Under the pieces are notes generated by a model. It was given only the letters and a program-made list of their open reading frames with translations, was not told the DNA's origin and did no database searches. This document shows positions 17,143 through 22,953 of a DNA stretch of 22,953 bases, piece by piece. The first letter of the stretch is position 1. Each line of letters begins with the position of its first letter. Position numbers and translations under genes: made by a program. This DNA comes from Flavobacteriaceae bacterium (lineage in GTDB: Bacteria > Bacteroidota > Bacteroidia > Flavobacteriales > Flavobacteriaceae). The stretch spans positions 1 through 22,953 of the forward strand of contig JBKEDS010000065.1 in the NCBI GenBank assembly GCA_047975545.1, given 5' to 3'.

Positions 17143-18309
17143 CTATACCTTAAACAAATCGGCCGCAATACCATCGCTTAAAAATTTTCCTTTTTTGGAA
17201 ATAAATAGCGTATCGGCCTCAATATACAACAATTCGGCTTTAATATGTTTTTCGGCTTGTTCTAACAGATATATTTTAAAATCGGCTCCAAAAGCGGTTT
17301 CTACTTTAGCCAACGATACGCCCCAAATGGTGCGCAAGCCCGTCATGATATACTCGTTGTATTTATCGGCAACGGTTAAGGTTTCCGTTTCAATGGGCAA
17401 TTCGGTATTTTGAATGGCTTTTATGTATTTTGAGTTGTTGCTAATGTTCCAACTGCGCTGCCTGCCGTTAAACGAATGTGCCGAAGGCCCAATGCCCAAA
17501 TACGGTTTGCCCTGCCAATAGCTGGTGTTGTGTTTCGAGAAATATTCGGGCTTTCCAAAATTTGAAAGCTCGTAATGTACAAAGCCCGAAATTTTTAATT
17601 TTTCAATTAGCAAATAAAATTGTTCGTGTGCTTGTTGTTCGTTTACATTGTTTATTTCGCCTTTTTTTATAAGATGTTCCAAAGCGGTCTTGGGTTCTAC
17701 CGTAAGGGCGTAGCTGGAAATATGGGGTATGTTAAATGCCAAAGCGGTTTCTATATTTTGCAACCATCTGGCGTTGGACAGTCCCGGGATGCCGTAAATT
17801 AAATCGATGGTTATGTTTTTAAAATACCGCGTTGCCTCTTGCAAACATTGCTTGGCTTCTTCGGCATTGTGGGCCCGGTTCATACGTTTTAAATCGGTTT
17901 CAAAAAACGATTGGATGCCTATTGAAAGCCTGTTAATTGGTGTTTTTGAAAGTTCCAAAATGCGGTTTTGGGTTAAATCGTCGGGATTGGCCTCGAGCGT
18001 AATTTCGGGGTTTTCGGCAACATTGAAATTGGTATAAACTTCGGCAATTAAAAATTCTATTTCGGCATTTGATAAAAGCGATGGCGTTCCGCCACCAAAA
18101 TAAATGGTTTCTATGGTTTGGCCGTTTAGTTCGCACTTTCGCAGGGTTATTTCCTTGGCCAATGCCAAAACCAGTTCATCCTTCTTTTTTGTATTTGTTG
18201 AAAAATGAAAATCGCAATAATAACAGGCTTGTTTACAAAAGGGAATGTGAAGGTATATAGAAGCCCCTCCTATCTTTCCCGAAGGGGGGGAGGGACATTC
18301 TTGTGGCAT
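17143..18309 (-). CDS. hemW: Radical SAM family heme chaperone HemW (oxygen-independent coproporphyrinogen-III oxidase-like).
   Basis: Radical-SAM CxxxCxxC in the HemW/HemN context (ASIYLHIPFCKQACYYCDF), with ~375-aa length and HemW-like downstream blocks. The tracked ORF starts at a TTG at 18330; I prefer the ATG at 18309. The 5' end contains a C7/G7 homopolymer at 18284-18290. Confidence 0.85.
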   Translation of the reverse strand: MPQECPSPPSGKIGGASIYLHIPFCKQACYYCDFHFSTNTKKKDELVLALAKEITLRKCELNGQTIETIYFGGGTPSLLSNAEIEFLIAEVYTNFNVAENPEITLEANPDDLTQNRILELSKTPINRLSIGIQSFFETDLKRMNRAHNAEEAKQCLQEATRYFKNITIDLIYGIPGLSNARWLQNIETALAFNIPHISSYALTVEPKTALEHLIKKGEINNVNEQQAHEQFYLLIEKLKISGFVHYELSNFGKPEYFSKHNTSYWQGKPYLGIGPSAHSFNGRQRSWNISNNSKYIKAIQNTELPIETETLTVADKYNEYIMTGLRTIWGVSLAKVETAFGADFKIYLLEQAEKHIKAELLYIEADTLFISKKGKFLSDGIAADLFKV

Positions 18310-18332
18310 ATTGTTGCTTTCGGGGCTCAAAA

Positions 18333-18926
18333 TTAACTTTTGTTTTTCCGTAAGTTAATAACCGTTGCGCCCCCTTTGGCGGTTGGGGCGCTATTTTGCT
18401 TTACAAAAGCCGACCATCCGGAGTAACTTTTTCCTATTTCCACACGGCCATCGTTATAAAAGTGGCATACGGCAGCGGCCAAGCCATCGGTAGCATCGAG
18501 GTTGTTGGGCAATGTTTTAAGCCCGAGCAAACTTTGCAGCATTTTGGCAACTTGCTCCTTACTGGCGTTACCGTTGCCCGTTATGGCCATTTTTATTTTT
18601 TTGGGGGAGTATTCGGTTATGGGAACTTCTCGGCTTAGCCCTGCCGCCATGGCCACGCCCTGCGCCCTGCCCAGTTTTAGCATGCTTTGTACGTTTTTGC
18701 CAAAAAAAGGTGCTTCAATGGCTATTTCGTCAGGGTGGTGGGTGTCGATTAGCTCGATGGTACGCTCGAAAATAAGTTTGAGTTTTAGGTAATGGTCGTC
18801 GTATTTTTTTAAATCGAGTTCGTTTAATTGCAAAAACGACATGGTTTTGCCCACTACTTTTATAAGCCCAAAGCCCATAACGGTTGTGCCGGGGTCTATG
18901 CCCAATATTATTTTTTCTGTTGCCAT
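18333..18926 (-). CDS. ruvC: Crossover junction endodeoxyribonuclease RuvC (Holliday junction resolvase), 197 aa.
   Basis: RuvC signature blocks ([16 protein letters not shown]…, …[27 protein letters not shown]…, …[13 protein letters not shown]…). The stop is 3-24 bp from the hemW start. Confidence 0.9.
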   Translation of the reverse strand: MATEKIILGIDPGTTVMGFGLIKVVGKTMSFLQLNELDLKKYDDHYLKLKLIFERTIELIDTHHPDEIAIEAPFFGKNVQSMLKLGRAQGVAMAAGLSREVPITEYSPKKIKMAITGNGNASKEQVAKMLQSLLGLKTLPNNLDATDGLAAAVCHFYNDGRVEIGKSYSGWSAFVKQNSAPTAKGGATVINLRKNKS

Positions 18927-19034
18927 GGTTGTGCAAAGCTAACCATTTCTTTTTTTGAAAGGTTCTTTTTAATAATTTGAATTTATCTTTGGACGATTAC
19001 TATACAGAAACACATAAAATTAATGCTTTTGGGG

Positions 19035-19078
19035 CAAAAAACGAGGCTGTATGAAAAGCACTTTTCATACAGCCTCGT
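19035..19078 (-). terminator. Strong rho-independent terminator for the OmpA-family gene: perfect 18-bp stem ACGAGGCTGTATGAAAAG (19041-19058) / CTTTTCATACAGCCTCGT (19061-19078) with an A6 run on the + strand (a U-run on the - transcript).
   Basis: Perfect inverted repeat read directly, ~55 bp downstream of the ompA-like stop at 19132 on the minus strand. Confidence 0.75.
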
Positions 19079-19131
19079 TATCTTCTTCGCAATAATTCCC
19101 CCAGTGGGTTCTTCGGTATTACACCTTCTTT

Positions 19132-19974
19132 TTAATAGATGCTATCCTGCCCCATAAGCGCAAAAAACTTATCAATATTAGGAAGGATAACAATACGGGT
19201 TCTTCGGTTTTTTGCCATGTTTTCCTTGGTATCATTTTCGGCAATGGGCTGGTAGCTGCTTCGTCCGGAGGCTATCATTTGCTCTGGTGCCACATTAAAT
19301 TTATCCTGCAGTTTACGCACTACCGAAGTTGCCCTTAAAACGCTTAAATCCCAATTATCGGCAATGTTACCCGTATTTATGGTCCTGGAATCGGTATGGC
19401 CCTCGACCATAACATCTAAACTTGGTTCGGAATTAATAACATTGGCCAATTTTTGCAATATGGTATCGGCCTTGGGGTTTAGTCGGTAACTGGCGGTATT
19501 AAACAGCATGTTGTCCGCAATGGAAATCATAACAACGGTTTCGTTTATTTCTACGGCAATATCGTCGTTTTCATCTATACTGCTGCTGTTAATTGTTTTT
19601 TCCAAGTTGTAGGCAACAGCCAAGTTCATAGAATCCTTAAGTGTTTTGGCTCCACTTAATTTTATGGGGTCTACATGGGTAAGGGTTTCGCGCATTTTAA
19701 ATTTTGCCTGGTTGGAAATTAGGGCATTTCCCCCGGCAACTAATTCTAATTTAGAGTCGCTTTCTGCTTGTAACGACGTTATTTTGCTGTTGTACTCGTC
19801 TACACGTTCTTGAATACGCGCGAATTTAGCTTCTAAATCTTCTTTTTCAACTTTGGTTTTGGTAAGCTCGCTTTTTATCTCACCATTTTCTTGTTGTAGG
19901 GCTATGTATTTTTTCTTGGACACACAAGACATAAAAAAGATAGCGGTTAACATTAAAACTGAAATTTTTTTCAT
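19132..19974 (-). CDS. OmpA/MotB-domain lipoprotein (peptidoglycan-associated) with an N-terminal coiled-coil, 280 aa.
   Basis: Signal peptide plus lipobox (MKKISVLMLTAIFFMSC), a coiled-coil segment, and a C-terminal OmpA-like domain (…EGHTDS…NWDLSVLRATSVVRKL…NRRTRIVILP). Confidence 0.85.
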   Translation of the reverse strand: MKKISVLMLTAIFFMSCVSKKKYIALQQENGEIKSELTKTKVEKEDLEAKFARIQERVDEYNSKITSLQAESDSKLELVAGGNALISNQAKFKMRETLTHVDPIKLSGAKTLKDSMNLAVAYNLEKTINSSSIDENDDIAVEINETVVMISIADNMLFNTASYRLNPKADTILQKLANVINSEPSLDVMVEGHTDSRTINTGNIADNWDLSVLRATSVVRKLQDKFNVAPEQMIASGRSSYQPIAENDTKENMAKNRRTRIVILPNIDKFFALMGQDSIY

Positions 19975-20092
19975 AATCGAATAGGTTTTTGTTATGACCT
20001 ATTTACGTATGAAATTTTATTACAGATGTTTAATAGTTGTTTTATCGGATAAAATTGTTTTTTGACGATGTGTAAAACAGCGTCATTAATGG

Positions 20093-20129
20093 TGGAAAAT
20101 AAAAAAGGCATCCCAAAAACGAAATGCCT
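20093..20129 (-). terminator. Probable terminator of the phosphate-transporter gene: hairpin AGGCAT (20106-20111) / ATGCCT (20124-20129) with an upstream A-rich run on + (a U-run on the - transcript).
   Basis: Short stem plus a T-run on the minus strand, 20-55 bp downstream of the stop at 20150. Confidence 0.45.
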
Positions 20130-20149
20130 CTTTGCTTTTTTAAAGTTTT

Positions 20150-22456
20150 TTATTCCTCCTCCCCCGAAGCTTTAACTTTTGCCGGTATTACCGAAGCATC
20201 ATGAGCGTTGTAATACTGCTCTAATAACGACATTACGGCATTTAGCAAGTCCTTGGTTTCTAATAGTAAGCTAAAGTATAGTGTTGTGTTTTTAGGGCTG
20301 GATTCTTCGGTTCGGGTACGTTCTACCTGTTTTTGTATTTTTTTGGAAACCAACGACGTTATTTCTTCTTTTCGGCTTAAAATAACACCAATATCCTCGA
20401 ACGATTGTCCTTCGAAAGCTGCTTTCGTGTTGTTGAACAAGGTTTCAAAACGCTCGTCAACTTCCTTAAGCTCTTTTATTTGATTGAATTTTAACTTTTT
20501 ATGATTATTATGTACGTGGTTGTAGCTTACGTTGGAAATATACTCAAGCGATTGGGTCATATCCTGTAAATACCCCAGTGTATGGATATAGAAATCGCTT
20601 GCGCCAAGGCTGCTTTCATCTAAATTTTTAATAAAGTAGAAAATATTGTCCCGAAGTTCATCGACTTCACCGGAAAGTTTAACAATTTGTTTTTTGTTTT
20701 TCTTTAGCAATGTTAGGTCCTGTTTGGCCAAGCCGTTTATGGAATTGGTATAAATTTTATTGCCGCGCTTTACAACGTTGGCAATGTTTTTGGAACTTTC
20801 GACAATAACGCCTTGTATGGAGCGGCTATCGCCTTTTTCCAAGCTGTCCTCGGCCTTAACAGCATTACTCGATTTTTTGTGCGCAATATAGTTCCTAAGC
20901 AATAAAAACAAGGCTATTAACAATAAAATAGGCACCATAACCGAAACGTTCCAGTTTATAAAGTACGCAATGGTAGCGGCCGCCAAAAAGGCAATAATAG
21001 CCGTAAAAAACCAGCCGCCAATAACGTTAAGAACGCCCGCAACCCTATAAACGGCACTTTCGGCACCCCAAGCCCTGTCGGACAGCGATGTACCCATGGC
21101 CACCATAAAGGTTACGTAAGTGGTAGATAAAGGCAGTTTCATGGACGTAGCAACCGAAATAAGCACAGCGGCAACCATAAGATTTACGGCCGCCCTTACC
21201 ATATCGAACGCAGGTAGTTCCATGGCTTTTTCCTTTGATACCGCTATTACGGGTTTTTCAAAACGTTGGTCTATTTTGTCCTGCCACGATTTGGGTAAAA
21301 TATAAGTAACCATTTGCGACGATGCAATAACCAACCGCACCAAGCCCCGGGATAAAAAGTTGGGCTGGAAGCGTTCTTGCGAGTTGCCTTCGCGCGATAG
21401 GTTTATTTCGGTTTCGGTTACCTTTCTGGCTTTTTTGGAAAACCAAAGCGTTGTAATCATAATCAATCCCGACAGTACCAAAAGAATGGTTGGCGTAGGC
21501 ACTTTATCGGCCAAAAAGCCCATACCCAATTCGTTGGCGGGAACCCCTGAGGCCACCCATGCCGTGTACGATTGCCAGCCCGCAATAGGCACTCCGATAA
21601 ATTTAACCAAATAGTTGCACGCAAAGTCCAAGGCCAAGGCAAAGGTACCAATGGTAATAATAACCCTGTAAATATTAGCCTTTAAAAAATGAATAATGGC
21701 AAACGATAAAAGCGACCATAACAAAAAACTAAAAACAATTATGGATAGCGTTTGGTGCTCCAAATAATCCTTTATGGTGTCGCCGCCCAAAATACTAAAA
21801 TGTTGGTTGGCAAAACTCGTGCCGCCTATGCCTTTTATAAAAATAAAATAAGTAATAGCGGTAATGGCCAAACCGCCAAAAACGGCGCCTACCCATTTGG
21901 GCTTTTTTAAAAAATCGTACGACAGTAGCAACCGCGCCACCCATTGTACCAAGGCACCAATGGTAAAGGCAATAACCACCGAAAGCAGGATGCCTACTAT
22001 TATTTCGGTGGCCTTCGAGGTGTTAATGTAATTAACCACATCGGAAAAACTACCGTTGTTGTGGCCTATTTTAATTAAGGCCATGGCTACCGATGCCCCC
22101 AATAGCTCGAACACAATAGAAACCGTGGTAGAGGTTGGCATGCCTATGGTATTAAAAAAATCCAGCAGAAGAATATCCGTAATCATTACGGCCATGAAAA
22201 TAACCATGATTTCGTTAAACATAAACTCGTGCGGGTTAAAAATACCCTTTCGGGCAACCTCCATCATACCACTGGAAAACACTGCCCCAATGGCAACGCC
22301 TATACTGGCTACAATTAAAATAGTTTTAAACGATATGGCCTTGGACCCAATGGCCGAGTTTAAAAAATTTACCGCATCGTTGCTAACCCCAACAACCAAA
22401 TCGGCAATTGCCAATACGGCCAGGGCTATTATCATAAATAAATAAATATTTTCCAT
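20150..22456 (-). CDS. Inorganic phosphate transporter of the PiT/PHO4 family with a C-terminal PhoU-like cytoplasmic domain, 768 aa.
   Basis: About 10-12 TM helices. PiT-type signature near the N-terminus (GVSNDAVNFLNSAIGS) and a second, degenerate repeat (GTSLSDRAWGAES). The ~250-aa hydrophilic alpha-helical C-terminal region resembles the PhoU-like domains of Na/Pi transporters. Confidence 0.8.
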   Translation of the reverse strand: MENIYLFMIIALAVLAIADLVVGVSNDAVNFLNSAIGSKAISFKTILIVASIGVAIGAVFSSGMMEVARKGIFNPHEFMFNEIMVIFMAVMITDILLLDFFNTIGMPTSTTVSIVFELLGASVAMALIKIGHNNGSFSDVVNYINTSKATEIIVGILLSVVIAFTIGALVQWVARLLLSYDFLKKPKWVGAVFGGLAITAITYFIFIKGIGGTSFANQHFSILGGDTIKDYLEHQTLSIIVFSFLLWSLLSFAIIHFLKANIYRVIITIGTFALALDFACNYLVKFIGVPIAGWQSYTAWVASGVPANELGMGFLADKVPTPTILLVLSGLIMITTLWFSKKARKVTETEINLSREGNSQERFQPNFLSRGLVRLVIASSQMVTYILPKSWQDKIDQRFEKPVIAVSKEKAMELPAFDMVRAAVNLMVAAVLISVATSMKLPLSTTYVTFMVAMGTSLSDRAWGAESAVYRVAGVLNVIGGWFFTAIIAFLAAATIAYFINWNVSVMVPILLLIALFLLLRNYIAHKKSSNAVKAEDSLEKGDSRSIQGVIVESSKNIANVVKRGNKIYTNSINGLAKQDLTLLKKNKKQIVKLSGEVDELRDNIFYFIKNLDESSLGASDFYIHTLGYLQDMTQSLEYISNVSYNHVHNNHKKLKFNQIKELKEVDERFETLFNNTKAAFEGQSFEDIGVILSRKEEITSLVSKKIQKQVERTRTEESSPKNTTLYFSLLLETKDLLNAVMSLLEQYYNAHDASVIPAKVKASGEEE

Positions 22457-22617
22457 GTAAAAATTAATAGGTTACAAATATCCTTAGTGTTTAGGTTAGT
22501 AATGTTATGTAATTGTTATGTTTTAAAGTGAATTTTGAACATATTTTAACCAAAAACATAGGGATTATTGCTCTTGACTTAAAAGGGTTTAACGGATTTT
22601 TCATCCTTTGTAGAAAG

Positions 22618-22657
22618 AAAACCTTAACCAATAAAAAAGGTTTTTCAATTTTCATTT
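22618..22657 (+). terminator. Terminator-like hairpin AAAACCTT (22618-22625) / AAGGTTTT (22637-22644) followed by TTCAATTTTCATTT. There is no annotated + strand gene upstream.
   Basis: Read from the sequence. It could end a short + strand transcript or act as a bidirectional or regulatory hairpin in the pit upstream region. Confidence 0.35.
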
Positions 22658-22712
22658 AAATTATATGTTGGTTTGCTACTGCTAAAATAAGCAAATGTTT
22701 GCAAACCACTCC

Positions 22713-22845
22713 TATGTTTGTAGAAATTAAAAGTGGCGTTATTTTGCACTCATAAAGTGAAAAGAATGAGAGTACATAAACCACAAGATAGCTCATTGAA
22801 GCATATCGTTCCATAGAAATTACCTCATTCTTTTTTATCTTTTAG
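22713..22845 (+). promoter_or_regulatory. Candidate + strand promoter (TATGTTTG, TAnnTTTG-type, 22713-22720) followed by a ~110-nt structured leader or small RNA. Three copies of AATGAG/CTCATT allow alternative hairpins, and the outer pair AAGAATGAG (22762-22770) / CTCATTCTT (22824-22832) is followed by TTTTTTATCTTTT.
   Basis: Motifs read directly. A possible ATG lies at 22949, at the window edge. The strand and function are unverified. Confidence 0.25.
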
Positions 22846-22953
22846 AGTCTGAACAGAATGTAAGAAGTTAAACAGTGTTTAATATTCAGAATATCCAACC
22901 AGGAGAAAAGACGAAGGGAGATTCATCACTTTATAATTAAAAATAGAAATGAT

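Noticed and set aside
1-22953. Searched for CRISPR arrays, transposase or integrase genes, tRNA/rRNA genes, toxin-antitoxin or defence-island signatures.
   Set aside because: No regularly spaced direct repeats, no recombinase-like ORFs and no rRNA-like conserved stretches. The gene content is core-genome-like throughout.

Overview
The window looks like ordinary chromosomal DNA from a Bacteroidota, probably a Flavobacteriia-type genome. The evidence is a cargo protein with a T9SS C-terminal sorting domain and GEVED modules, an M56/BlaR1-TonB_C fusion, TAnnTTTG-type -7 boxes, and AT-rich intergenic spacers. I found no transposase, integrase, CRISPR array, rRNA or tRNA.

Genes in order:
- A translationally coupled BlaI-family repressor and BlaR1-like M56 sensor-protease whose sensor is a TonB C-terminal domain, followed after a terminator by a paralogous stand-alone TonB_C lipoprotein (+ strand).
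- An NfeD-like protein and a flotillin/SPFH protein in a tight operon; the flotillin gene contains 66-bp tandem repeats (- strand).
- Biotin synthase bioB (-).
- A 14-bp perfect inverted-repeat element.
- A 610-aa TonB-dependent receptor (-), divergent from a MocR/GntR-aminotransferase fusion regulator (+).
- A 1531-aa T9SS cargo protein: BNR/Asp-box beta-propeller, PKD, two GEVED modules and a Por C-terminal sorting domain (+).
- An orphan 132-aa protein whose -7 box is bracketed by an 11-bp inverted repeat.
- A tight minus-strand cluster: ruvC, hemW, DUF4260-like, DUF4230-like, MmcQ/YjbR-like.
- An OmpA-family lipoprotein (-) and a 768-aa PiT-family phosphate transporter with a PhoU-like tail (-).
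- A terminal 500-bp non-coding stretch with promoter-like and attenuator-like structure.

The most system-like and least understood unit is the BlaI / M56-TonB_C / TonB_C-lipoprotein cassette with its candidate operators. Everything else reads as core genome with several regulatory or structural oddities worth checking. All calls are from reading the sequence and from family knowledge; no database searches were run.
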